Assembly (NCBI GenBank): GCA_021815445.1
Contig: JAKAGM010000002.1
Location: forward strand, 31,373 to 95,372
Direction: 5' to 3'
Length of the DNA stretch: 64,000 nucleotides
DNA from: a bacterium
GTDB lineage: Bacteria > Patescibacteriota > Patescibacteriia > UBA10025
This document shows, one piece after another, positions 19,782 to 28,647 of the stretch. Position numbers and translations under genes: made by a program. The stretch's first letter is position 1, and each line of letters opens with the position of its first letter. The notes beneath the pieces were generated by a model, which searched no databases, was not told the origin of the DNA, and saw only the letters and a program-made list of their open reading frames with translations.

Positions 19782-20618
19782 TTAGAATACGAGTAAAATA
19801 ATCCCCCCAGCTAGAACAGCAAATAGGAGTATTTTGACGAGAGTATTTTTTTCCTTAAAGTAGGCTTTGCCGGAGAGAACGGACCAGAACACCGCAGAAG
19901 AGCGTTTTGCCGCTATGATAACTGAAGCGGGAGCCAAACCGTAGGCAAAGCTTTCAATAACCGCATCAATACCTTGTGTTGATGTTTGGGCCATGTAAAT
20001 GCGCTTCTTTAAAAAAACAAACGGATTTTCTTTTGCGAAAATATACGCACCAATCGAGAAAACTATAGACAACATTCCACAAGTTATCAGCTGTTCTGCC
20101 ACTACGGAATTAAAATGGCTAATGTTGTATTTATATAGCGAGGTGGTTATTGCCGCATTTACTGTGCAAAAAATGGTATATCCTATCCCCCTTTTGTTTA
20201 TAGAGTGGCTGGTAAAAATGAAAAGCAGAGAAAAAATGATTACCCCGATGCCAATAAGCTGGGTCAAATGCAGTTTGTACCCCAAGGTAATATCAATAAT
20301 CAGTACCAAAACTATCGTGCCGGTGCGTATAAAACCGTAGGTGCTGCGATCAGATCGCACCACCGCCATCATTGAAGTATGCAATTGCAGGATTTCTAAA
20401 ACAGCTCTGACTAAAAAAGTTGGCAACGACTGAACTGAAAAGACGAAGCTATTTTCCTTCACTATGGCGATTACCAAAAAGAATAGTGAAGCTCCTAGCA
20501 CGCTCAAAAAACCCATAGTGAAAACACTCTCCTCTTGCATTGCAACCTTCCACTTTCCAATTGAGGAAGAAATTTCCTCAAAAAGCGTGGCTAACGAAGT
20601 GAGAAAAACGCCTAGCAT
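19782..20618 (-). CDS. DMT/EamA-like membrane transporter
   Basis: About 10 TM helices in two repeats, C-terminal KAYFKEK. Confidence 0.65.
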   Translation of the reverse strand: MLGVFLTSLATLFEEISSSIGKWKVAMQEESVFTMGFLSVLGASLFFLVIAIVKENSFVFSVQSLPTFLVRAVLEILQLHTSMMAVVRSDRSTYGFIRTGTIVLVLIIDITLGYKLHLTQLIGIGVIIFSLLFIFTSHSINKRGIGYTIFCTVNAAITTSLYKYNISHFNSVVAEQLITCGMLSIVFSIGAYIFAKENPFVFLKKRIYMAQTSTQGIDAVIESFAYGLAPASVIIAAKRSSAVFWSVLSGKAYFKEKNTLVKILLFAVLAGGIILLVF

Positions 20619-20725
20619 AGTTTACTCGGTTTCCGCGCCTTAGGAAAAAGTTCGGCGCGAACGATTGTTCCCGCGCGTATGCCGGATTTTTCAAATTTAT
20701 CCCGGGTGATTGTTGAAATATTCAT
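20612..20725 (-). pseudogene. 5' fragment of csaA (37 codons)
   Basis: Translates [37 protein letters not shown] versus intact [36 protein letters not shown]; DNA also aligns to 19623-19729. Confidence 0.88.
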
Positions 20726-20784
20726 GTGGTTATAAATTTTTGGTAAATATACTGCAATAGTGAGTTGATATTGTGGTGTTTGGC

Positions 20785-21549
20785 TTAGCGATCCGGTAGT
20801 TTATCCCAAAGCAACATAAAAAAGTACTGAAACATTTGTGCCATTAAACCATCCTCTATTAACGCTATTTTGACAGCTTGGTCTTTGGAAGCAAGCGCAA
20901 CGACATTCCCGAAAAGCAGTATTCCTGCATCGATAGTAAAGTTCTTTTCTAAAAAGCGAAACTGACGAAAATTGCCGATCTTTTCTCCAAATCTTTTCTT
21001 TTCCACTATTCTCCGGTCAGTAATGGCATATGAGGTTGTAGCTTGCTTAAGGCGGCGAAGCGTAAGTCGACGATATAACTCCTCCTCGCCCACAAGGGAT
21101 AGTAACATGTCGATGGAGCCGAACCAGTACATGTTTGTTTTGGTTTCAATGATCTTGTCGATCATCAAACGCACTCCCGCGATGCCTTCGTAGTAATGCA
21201 CTTGTGTGGTAGCATTTTTTTTCTTCATCATCGCCATTAACTGGGGGATAAGACTGGCGATTACTTTCTCCTGCTGAGAAAGTTTTTCACTTTCATCAGC
21301 AAGGTATTCTCGGAAAGCCTGTTGTGGCTGTTCTGCAACGATGTATTTTCTTTTGCCCTTGATTTTATAACCGAGGACGCCTTTTTCCTTTAATTTTTCC
21401 AGATAGAAATACACCGTGGCGCGTTTAATACCAGTAATCCTAGCCAGGCTTGCGGGAGTATTTGATTCTTTTTCTAGACAACTGAGATATATCGCTGATT
21501 CTTTGTCGTCAAAACCGAGTTTTTTCAATAGGTTTTCCATAAGTGCCAT
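20785..21549 (-). CDS. TrmB-family transcriptional regulator
   Basis: LKKLGF..KE..IYL, GIKRATVY..LEKL HTH, YEGIAG, C-terminal PLD-like sensing domain. Confidence 0.88.
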   Translation of the reverse strand: MALMENLLKKLGFDDKESAIYLSCLEKESNTPASLARITGIKRATVYFYLEKLKEKGVLGYKIKGKRKYIVAEQPQQAFREYLADESEKLSQQEKVIASLIPQLMAMMKKKNATTQVHYYEGIAGVRLMIDKIIETKTNMYWFGSIDMLLSLVGEEELYRRLTLRRLKQATTSYAITDRRIVEKKRFGEKIGNFRQFRFLEKNFTIDAGILLFGNVVALASKDQAVKIALIEDGLMAQMFQYFFMLLWDKLPDR

Positions 21550-21758
21550 TTTTATTCCAAAAAGTGACGATAGTCATTGACATCATCACTGTAGCAGAAT
21601 CGTCAATAAATGCAAGTATGCATCGACCTCTAGTTCTTTTTTTGTACTGTATTGTCAGTGATTCGTTGACGATAATCGTATGTTGGATGAACATATATAA
21701 ATACTAAATAAACCGTATATTCAAAACCGTTCTTTTCACTCGAAGAGGAGCTCACAAA

Positions 21759-22178
21759 ATGGAAAAAGTGAATCTGCAAGGTACACCCCGGCCACATTAT
21801 CTGCAAGAGGCAGAGATCGATGAAGGGGGGCACCATCTCGTGGGGGTAGTGCTTTTCCCAAGTGAAGACCCCAGTGTCGGTGATCGTCGGGATCACGTCA
21901 ACGTCAGTCATCACCTCTTTGCCGCTTGGAACGCCGCGCATTTTCTTGCCAGAAATTTGGTAGGGAGTGCAAGACTCTGGGCGAGGGAAGTGTCAGCCAA
22001 ACTTCACGAAGTCACACTGCCGGATGTGCCGATCAGGATTGAAGCCGATTTGACCATCGACCGAGAACGCGGTCCACGGAGATGGGGTCACTACCAAGTC
22101 AGCTTCTGGGACGAAAGTGGGCAGAAGCTGCTTGCAGAGCTCAACGTGCGATTCGTCGGAGAAATCATTCAACAGTGA
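21759..22178 (+). CDS. Hotdog-fold (FabA/FabZ/thioesterase-like) protein
   Basis: 139 aa; D..HVN followed by a long helix and alternating beta strands; GAGGAG SD; fold inferred by eye. Confidence 0.5.
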   Translation: MEKVNLQGTPRPHYLQEAEIDEGGHHLVGVVLFPSEDPSVGDRRDHVNVSHHLFAAWNAAHFLARNLVGSARLWAREVSAKLHEVTLPDVPIRIEADLTIDRERGPRRWGHYQVSFWDESGQKLLAELNVRFVGEIIQQ

Positions 22179-22203
22179 TTTTCCCGAGATTTCTTTCCGA
22201 ACT

Positions 22204-22235
22204 CCCAGCATCCTTTCTCAGGGGGCTGGGTTTTT
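22204..22235 (+). terminator. Rho-independent terminator overlapping the msrB 3' end
   Basis: CCCAGC...GCTGGG followed by TTTTT. Confidence 0.6.
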
Positions 22236-22616
22236 CTTTATTTTTTGTATAAAATCCAACGCCAGCGAGTTTATGCAGTACCGTTTGCCCGTTGGTTTAG
22301 GACCGTCGTCGAAAACATGGCCAAGGTGCGCACCGCAGTTGGAACACACCACCTCAAGGCGTTGCACGCCGAGTGAGTTGTCTGCCTCTGTTTTTACATT
22401 TGCCTTTACCGCAGGATCCCAGAATGACGGCCAACCCGTGCCTGAATCGAACTTTGTGTCGGATTTGAAAAGTTCCTGTCCGCAGTTGACGCACACGTAC
22501 ATGCCCTTCGCTTTGTTATGAAGCCACTTTCCGGAGCCGGGAGGTTCTGTCCCTTTGAGAAAGCAAACGTTGTACTGTTCCGGAGTGAGATGAGTTTGAT
22601 TTTTATCTTGCGGCAT
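22218..22616 (-). CDS. msrB: Peptide-methionine (R)-S-oxide reductase
   Basis: GTE.P, SGTGWPSF, HLGHVFDDGP, RYCINS, two CxxC. Confidence 0.96.
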   Translation of the reverse strand: MPQDKNQTHLTPEQYNVCFLKGTEPPGSGKWLHNKAKGMYVCVNCGQELFKSDTKFDSGTGWPSFWDPAVKANVKTEADNSLGVQRLEVVCSNCGAHLGHVFDDGPKPTGKRYCINSLALDFIQKIKKNPAP

Positions 22617-22619
22617 ACA

Positions 22620-23102
22620 TCATGAATGAAATAGTTTAATGCACTCTTTGCGCATGAAGCCTTTCACAAGAAACGGCCGGGGGGTTCCTTTTGAGACAAT
22701 ATACGAGCAGGGGACGTTAATTGTGCGCCATGACCAACTCTTGTTCCCGTGAGTTTGTTGGTATGTTTTCATATCCTGCATTGTTGAGCCGTATACAATG
22801 CCTTTCACCTTCGACCATACTGCCGCCGAGGCGCACATAGGACACGGTTCAGCGGTAGAATATAAGATGCAATCGCCAAGATACCGCCTTTTCAGTTTTT
22901 TTGACGCTTGCTGGAGGACGAGTACCTCCGCGTGCTGGGTTGAATCATGGCGAATCCGCACCCTGTTGCCTGCTACAGCGATTATCTTCCCGCTTTTCAC
23001 TAATACCGCCCCGACGGCGTAATCGTTCTTATCGTATGCGGAACGTGCGGCGGCTATAGCTTTCTGCATGAACTTTTCTTTGGGTGTATACATAAGGTTC
23101 AT
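22620..23102 (-). CDS. Zn-dependent nucleoside deaminase (TadA/guanine deaminase family)
   Basis: HAE and EPCPMC motifs; TATACT 6 nt upstream of ATG. Confidence 0.9.
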   Translation of the reverse strand: MNLMYTPKEKFMQKAIAAARSAYDKNDYAVGAVLVKSGKIIAVAGNRVRIRHDSTQHAEVLVLQQASKKLKRRYLGDCILYSTAEPCPMCASAAVWSKVKGIVYGSTMQDMKTYQQTHGNKSWSWRTINVPCSYIVSKGTPRPFLVKGFMRKECIKLFHS

Positions 23103-23177
23103 GGGCCTAGTATACCTGATTTTTCTCTATTCAAAAATGACGGCATTTAACCGGCATACTCGGGGGGTATTTGTTAC

Positions 23178-23204
23178 GTCGCGCGGGCAGAGCCGCCCGC
23201 GCCG
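23178..23204. repeat. REP-like palindrome
   Basis: GCGCGGGC-AGAGCC-GCCCGCGC preceded by GTC. Confidence 0.55.
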
Positions 23205-23213
23205 TGAGTTTGA

Positions 23214-24452
23214 TTATTTTTTCTCGGTCTCCCGCTTCGCCATATCTTTCAACACTTTCCCGACTCGACCCGTATAATCACGCGGTCGCTGGTAAATTTC
23301 ATCGTGTTTCATTGGCAGGATTTCTGTCCGGACATTAGGATTATCTCGTAGAGCCTCTTTTGCCTTACTCATCTGTTCTTTGGGAAAAAGCCCATCCTCA
23401 CTTCCGTAGACGATATACATATTTGTATCTGCGTCTATGTCCTTTAGGGTTTGCAGCATGCCCCCCTTTGCGATGGTAAGAGCTTCCCAGAGCACCAGGC
23501 GCAGCCCTTCTCTATACCTTCCTCGTGCAGTGTTTGCGCCGGAGTCTTGTATAATATCCTTTGTTACAGCACGGTACATGTCCGTCTCTTGTTGAGTCGC
23601 ATCCTGCAAGCTAAATTCGCCTTGTCCGCCAGCTTCTTCCCAGGCTTGTTGCAACGACTTCCCAAATGTCTCTTGGTAATCCCTTTCCATCTCAGCCATT
23701 TCTTGGTCGGTAAGAGGCTTGCGCCGCTTTGTAGCAATTTTACTCCCCAACGTTTCAGGAAAATACCGTCTTGCCAGTTGAAAGACATTTTCTTCATTAA
23801 CGCCGCCGGGATGTAGAAGGACCAGGTCTTTGACTTTCTCAGGATGCGCTTTGGCCATCTCTGCCGCAATAATTGAGCCCATTGAAGACGAAACAACGCT
23901 AAGCTCCTCTGTTGTAAGGTTGTTTCCCGACTGCGCTTCGTTAGCGCGGATAGCATCAACGGCGCGACTCAGCGATTCAGCAAACGGGGCGAACGAGCGT
24001 TCCTTCCGTGAAAACTTCATCCACTCCTTCGGCGCGGAATCCGACTTGCCCGTTGACGGCTGGGACATGACGATGACACGTTTTTTTTCTCGGAGCGCCA
24101 GCAGTTTCGCAAACGCATCCGGACTGCGTAATGATGAACCGTAGCCGGGGATATGCACGACTGTATGTTCATTGTTTTTGACCGCTTCAGCCTTTTCCTG
24201 GTCAGTTCGTACATCCAATACAACATATTCGATTTTCATATGCTGATTCTCGAATTCTGGGGTGGAGATCTCTACAAACTGCGGGCTCGCAAACTGCTTG
24301 TCCAGCTCAACTAATTTCCCCTGCTCTTCGGGTGAGAGCTCGCCGTACTCCATGGCAGGTTTCCCTCGCTGCGGTTTCTGTTCCGGGGTATCTTGCCGAG
24401 CCGGTGCATCGGGCGCTGTGAATTGGGCTTGTTCTGGAGATAGTTGTTCCAT
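23214..24452 (-). CDS. Alpha/beta hydrolase fold protein
   Basis: HIPGYG, SSSMG nucleophile elbow, YGSED, KH catalytic triad pattern. Confidence 0.8.
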   Translation of the reverse strand: MEQLSPEQAQFTAPDAPARQDTPEQKPQRGKPAMEYGELSPEEQGKLVELDKQFASPQFVEISTPEFENQHMKIEYVVLDVRTDQEKAEAVKNNEHTVVHIPGYGSSLRSPDAFAKLLALREKKRVIVMSQPSTGKSDSAPKEWMKFSRKERSFAPFAESLSRAVDAIRANEAQSGNNLTTEELSVVSSSMGSIIAAEMAKAHPEKVKDLVLLHPGGVNEENVFQLARRYFPETLGSKIATKRRKPLTDQEMAEMERDYQETFGKSLQQAWEEAGGQGEFSLQDATQQETDMYRAVTKDIIQDSGANTARGRYREGLRLVLWEALTIAKGGMLQTLKDIDADTNMYIVYGSEDGLFPKEQMSKAKEALRDNPNVRTEILPMKHDEIYQRPRDYTGRVGKVLKDMAKRETEKK

Positions 24453-24554
24453 AATTTCCTGGATGATAATAACGTACTACGTTACTCAATTGTAGCGTGT
24501 TTGTCAATTGTTGTCGCGCGGTTGGAATGTTTACGCGGGCCGAATTTTAGTACA

Positions 24555-24683
24555 CGCACCCAGACCCGCCCGCCGCACGGCTACGCTGCACGAAGCGTTT
24601 CGCGTAGTGAAGCTTCGACAGGCGGGGCCGGGTGCGCCTCGAGGTGAGTTTACCTCATCGCGCAGGCAGGGACGCCTGCGCTT
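24555..24683. repeat. Nested palindromic repeat cluster
   Basis: CGCACCC..CCCGCC / GGCGGG..GGGTGCG outer stem enclosing CTACGC..GCGTAG; then GCGCAGGC-AGGGAC-GCCTGCGC. Confidence 0.65.
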
Positions 24684-24687
24684 GCGG

Positions 24688-25347
24688 TTACTTTACCGGA
24701 TATCGTATGACTGTCTTCAGTTTACTCGGCGCAACTCTCCGCGGGTCACCCAGGTAGATTTCGTGGTGGTGTCCGGCGATTTTGTACCCTTTTTCCTTGA
24801 TAAAGGCCTTGAGTTTCTCGATATTGGGTCTTTCTTTATCATACGGGCCGATGTGCATTATCTGTGCTGATAGTCCCTCGGTAAAAGTCTTTAAGACGAT
24901 ATTTCTAAGTTTCGAGCTGGGTTTTTCATGTCCGCCAGAGGCGGATCCGCCTTTGGCGGATTTTTTTGCCGCACGTTCTTTTATCAATTTGATGGCGTCG
25001 GTGATGTGTTTCTGTGTAATGTGGTTCGGTTGAGCGATCATGAGGCGCCAGAGCCACTCCCCAGGTTTCTTCTGATCAAACGGTTTATTTCCCTTCATCC
25101 ACCACAAGCCGTCAAGCGGGGGTATGGTGTACTCGGGACCTTTTTTTGCAAACTTCAAGGTAAATTTTACCGTGTACGCAATACTATAGAGCGCCTGGAT
25201 CGCCTGTTTAAAATCGGGATTTTTTCCGGGGTTACCTCCTTTGCCGTCTACCATGAGGTAGTTCATTTTTGGAACCTTCACCAGTACCGGCGTGGTGGGC
25301 GGGAGGTAGAGCTGTTTAAAGTCCTTTTTGTAGTCGATTTTTTTCAT
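24688..25347 (-). CDS. GyrI-like small-molecule-binding domain protein
   Basis: KIDYKK..K.LY, PLDGLWW, W.WRLMIAQP, HIGPYD.E, HHEIYLGDPRR. Confidence 0.9.
   Translation of the reverse strand: MKKIDYKKDFKQLYLPPTTPVLVKVPKMNYLMVDGKGGNPGKNPDFKQAIQALYSIAYTVKFTLKFAKKGPEYTIPPLDGLWWMKGNKPFDQKKPGEWLWRLMIAQPNHITQKHITDAIKLIKERAAKKSAKGGSASGGHEKPSSKLRNIVLKTFTEGLSAQIMHIGPYDKERPNIEKLKAFIKEKGYKIAGHHHEIYLGDPRRVAPSKLKTVIRYPVK
24931..24960. repeat. 30-bp double-hairpin palindrome inside a CDS
   Basis: TCCGCCAGAGGCGGA-TCCGCCTTTGGCGGA, read as SAKGGSASGG. Confidence 0.85.
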
Positions 25348-25359
25348 TAAAGCGGGGAG

Positions 25360-26397
25360 TTATCTTGTTGTAAGCGGTTTTACCTTATAGAGCATTAGGT
25401 ATGTTCCATTAGCGAGTTTTACCACCGAGGGATCTGCCGTCACATCTCCTTGGTCACGATCTACAAATCGTTTGCCCGCAGAGGTAAAAGTAAGGCCGTC
25501 GGTTGACGTGGCAATGTCGATACCCGCCGTGTAGAGATACCATGTGCCGTTTTCATACCATACATCCGGCACGGCGCCGCCCTGGAATGCCGTCCCACGC
25601 TCGGTGAACGTCAATCCGTCCGTTGATGTCGCGACGATGACCTTATTGCCATTAATGTCGCCGACGTAAAGATACCAGGTATCTCCCACTTTTACCGCAT
25701 CCGGATCAAAAATGCCTTGCCGTTCAAACCGGACGCCGCTTTCCTGAGTAAAGTTAACGCCGTCGTTCGAGATGGCCGAATAAATCTTGTTGGTCGGTTC
25801 GGATCCGCTCGCTGACGCATTCAAGCGCACTTCATTGATATCATAATAGAAAAGGCGTATGCGTCCGTCATCCAAAAGCAACGGCGCCGGGTCTGCTGTT
25901 GCCTTATCGCCGAGCCCCGTAATAGTGAGGGTTGCCGGTGCTGTCCAGGTCTTTCCCTGATCGGCGGATTTTATCATTCCCAGCTGTTCTTTCACGCCAT
26001 CCGTTGATACATCCACGAAGTAGACAAAGATAGCCCCGTCTTTGACTACTGCCCCGGGCACTGAGGCATGGGAGGCCAGTATTTTTCCTGACGGTGTCCA
26101 GTTGAGCAGGTCGGTACTTGTCGCGAATGTGATCTTGTCATTATACGGGCCTTGATTCATCGTGGACCAATTATACTGGCTGGGGTCTGCTTCTTTTACA
26201 GTTACGGTATTGGCATTTGTTTTTTGCCCGCCGCAGGGCGCTGTCGGCTGTACCGCGGACGGATTACCGTGTTTTACCCACCGGCCGTTTTCACATAACC
26301 ACGTGTCTTCATTGCCGCCGATGACAAATCGGAGCACAAACCAGGCGCCTGCCCCCAGCACTATGACTATTATTATTGCAGTCAACGCTTTTTTCAT
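25360..26397 (-). CDS. Membrane-anchored five-bladed beta-propeller (GH43/GH32-like) protein
   Basis: N-terminal TM, repeated DP..V and A.S.DG..F motifs; start MKKAL (26397). Confidence 0.7.
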   Translation of the reverse strand: MKKALTAIIIVIVLGAGAWFVLRFVIGGNEDTWLCENGRWVKHGNPSAVQPTAPCGGQKTNANTVTVKEADPSQYNWSTMNQGPYNDKITFATSTDLLNWTPSGKILASHASVPGAVVKDGAIFVYFVDVSTDGVKEQLGMIKSADQGKTWTAPATLTITGLGDKATADPAPLLLDDGRIRLFYYDINEVRLNASASGSEPTNKIYSAISNDGVNFTQESGVRFERQGIFDPDAVKVGDTWYLYVGDINGNKVIVATSTDGLTFTERGTAFQGGAVPDVWYENGTWYLYTAGIDIATSTDGLTFTSAGKRFVDRDQGDVTADPSVVKLANGTYLMLYKVKPLTTR

Positions 26398-26404
26398 AAT
26401 ATTC

Positions 26405-26746
26405 CTATAAATATTTAACAAACATATTATGCTTATCTACCAGGATATTTTTCGGCGTTATGGGCCGGTCGGTAATTTCAAAGCCCATAATAATAACCTC
26501 CTCACCTGTTTTAATCAGGCGGGCGGAGGCGCCGTTCATGCAGATTATGCCGGAATTTTTTTCTCCGCCGATGACATATGTTTCAAGCCGGGCGCCGGTG
26601 GTGTTGCTGACGACTAAGACCTTTTCTCCCGGCCAAAAGGAGGCTTTATCGATTAAGTCCTGATCAATGGTTATACTGCCGATATATTCCAGATTGGCCT
26701 CGGTTACCGTTGCCTTGTGGATTTTTGAACGCAGAACGGAACGCAT
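26405..26746 (-). CDS. panD: Aspartate 1-decarboxylase
   Basis: SKIH.ATVT.A.L.Y.GSITID self-cleavage site, RLETY, NGASA. Confidence 0.93.
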   Translation of the reverse strand: MRSVLRSKIHKATVTEANLEYIGSITIDQDLIDKASFWPGEKVLVVSNTTGARLETYVIGGEKNSGIICMNGASARLIKTGEEVIIMGFEITDRPITPKNILVDKHNMFVKYL

Positions 26747-26829
26747 AGGGGTATGGTTATTGTATCACCGTATACGATTTTTTATAAATGCCAGTTCTTG
26801 CTTCGCGTTGAAAATAGATTGCGCGGCCC

Positions 26830-26908
26830 TTGACACGTTGACGCTTTTGTACTATTATTCCCGATTAACTGGCGGGAAAACAAAATGTCACCGCACACTC
26901 ACAGGAGG
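26830..26908 (+). promoter_or_regulatory. Promoter, degenerate boxA-like motif and SD
   Basis: TTGACA(26830)-17 nt-TATTAT(26853); GCACACTCACA at 26893; AGGAGG at 26903. Confidence 0.6.
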
Positions 26909-26916
26909 GGTTTACG

Positions 26917-27111
26917 ATGTCTCAAAAGCGTTCTCGCAACCGTCATGAACAGCCAAAGCCGGCGCCGAAGCCGATGTGGAAAGTCACGCTGACGATGGCG
27001 ATTGTCGCCCTCGTTGTGGTTCTCATCATCCGTTATGCGATTCGGGAGCGCACAGCAGAGGCGCGCGGGACCCAGGGTTCCGTTGCCGCCGCGTCGGAAG
27101 CGTTCGTCTGA
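26917..27111 (+). CDS. Small single-TM protein (64 aa)
   Basis: Consensus promoter, strong SD, basic N-terminus plus one hydrophobic helix, downstream hairpin and T-run. Confidence 0.7.
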   Translation: MSQKRSRNRHEQPKPAPKPMWKVTLTMAIVALVVVLIIRYAIRERTAEARGTQGSVAAASEAFV

Positions 27112-27337
27112 TCTACGGCTCGCGCCGAGATCATCATGCCCCGAGATCATCTCAACGGGCTCTTTTTTATCAAAAGATCACGGGTGATATATCGCCCAGC
27201 GCAGCTTGTGCTTAATAAAAATGCTTTTTTTGCAATATATCTGCTTGACAATTCACATTGACGCATGTTAACACACACTAATGACTGTATAACAGAACTA
27301 GACGTAAACGATGTTCATTGATAAGGAGAAGTCAGAG

Positions 27338-28621
27338 ATGTCGAAAAGACGAGTCGTTATTACCGGCTTGGGTGCGGTCACCCCACTCGGGAACAATGTT
27401 CAGGAATTGTGGGCCAACTTGCTGCAGGGCAAAAACGGCGTCGGCCCGATTACCCGTTTCGACGCCGGCGCCTTTACCACCCGAATCGCCGCCGAGGTCA
27501 AAGACTTTGACCCGATGCCGTGGCTGGACGCCAAGGAAGCCTCGCGGATGGATCGCTGCACGCAGTTTGGCATCGTGGCAGCGGAACAAGCACTCCAGGA
27601 CGCTGGGGTGAAGCCAAGGGTTCAACCTGGAGAGCAAGGCAATGCTGACGCTGAGGTCATACTAGACCGCGCTCGCGTCGGGGTCATTATCGGCTCGGGT
27701 ATTGGCGGGCTGGAAACGACTGCAGCCAACTGCCAAACTCTGTTCACGCGCGGACCTCACAATGTCAGTCCGCTCATGATTCCCCGGATGATCCCGAACA
27801 TCACCTCGGGCATCGTTGCCATACGGTACGGCTTCCGCGGGCCCAACTACTGTACCGTGTCTGCCTGCGCATCGGCGAACCATAGTATAATCGGCGCAGT
27901 CCACTCCATCGTGCTGAGTGAAGCGGACATGGTCATCACTGGAGGAACGGAAGCGGCCATCATCCCCCTGGGCGTGGCCGGATTCGCCAAAATGCGGGCG
28001 CTTTCAAGGCGAAACGATGAGCCGGCACGCGCTTCTCGGCCCTTTGACCGCGAACGGGATGGATTCATTATGGGTGAAGGGGCGGGCATCCTCGTCCTGG
28101 AAGAACTGGAGCATGCCCTGGCCCGGAAAGCGAACATTTACGCCGAGGTGCTGGGAGTAGGCATGTCCGCCGATGCCTATGACCTTACCGCGCCCGACCC
28201 CGATGGAGTCGGCGCCTGGCTCGCGATGATTCGGGCACTCAACAGCGGCGATATCTCTTTGGAGGAAGTGGACTACATCAACGCCCACGGCACTTCCACC
28301 TCGCTCAACGATCCGATCGAAACCAGGGCCATCAAACGACTCTTCGGTGCGCGGGCCCACGATATTCCTGTGTCCTCCACCAAGTCGATGATCGGGCATT
28401 TGCTCGGCGCCGCCGGAGGGGTCGAACTCATTGCCACCGCTCTGTCAGTGGCTCAAGGCATGATTCATCCGACGCGGAACTATGAGTTCCCGGACGATGA
28501 CTGCGACCTGGACTATGTGCCTGAGGGGGCCAGGCAGCATCCGATCCGCGTCGCCCTGTCAAACGCCTTTGGCTTCGGCGGGCACAATGCCACCATCGCC
28601 GTCGGTGCATACCGACAGTAA
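27338..28621 (+). CDS. fabF: Beta-ketoacyl-ACP synthase II
   Basis: RRVVITGLG, SACAS (Cys), NAHGTST and GHLLGAAG (His/His), NAFGFGGHN; AAGGAG SD before ATG 27338. Confidence 0.96.
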   Translation: MSKRRVVITGLGAVTPLGNNVQELWANLLQGKNGVGPITRFDAGAFTTRIAAEVKDFDPMPWLDAKEASRMDRCTQFGIVAAEQALQDAGVKPRVQPGEQGNADAEVILDRARVGVIIGSGIGGLETTAANCQTLFTRGPHNVSPLMIPRMIPNITSGIVAIRYGFRGPNYCTVSACASANHSIIGAVHSIVLSEADMVITGGTEAAIIPLGVAGFAKMRALSRRNDEPARASRPFDRERDGFIMGEGAGILVLEELEHALARKANIYAEVLGVGMSADAYDLTAPDPDGVGAWLAMIRALNSGDISLEEVDYINAHGTSTSLNDPIETRAIKRLFGARAHDIPVSSTKSMIGHLLGAAGGVELIATALSVAQGMIHPTRNYEFPDDDCDLDYVPEGARQHPIRVALSNAFGFGGHNATIAVGAYRQ

Positions 28622-28647
28622 CTCAACCCTTGTACATTCGTTTCTGC

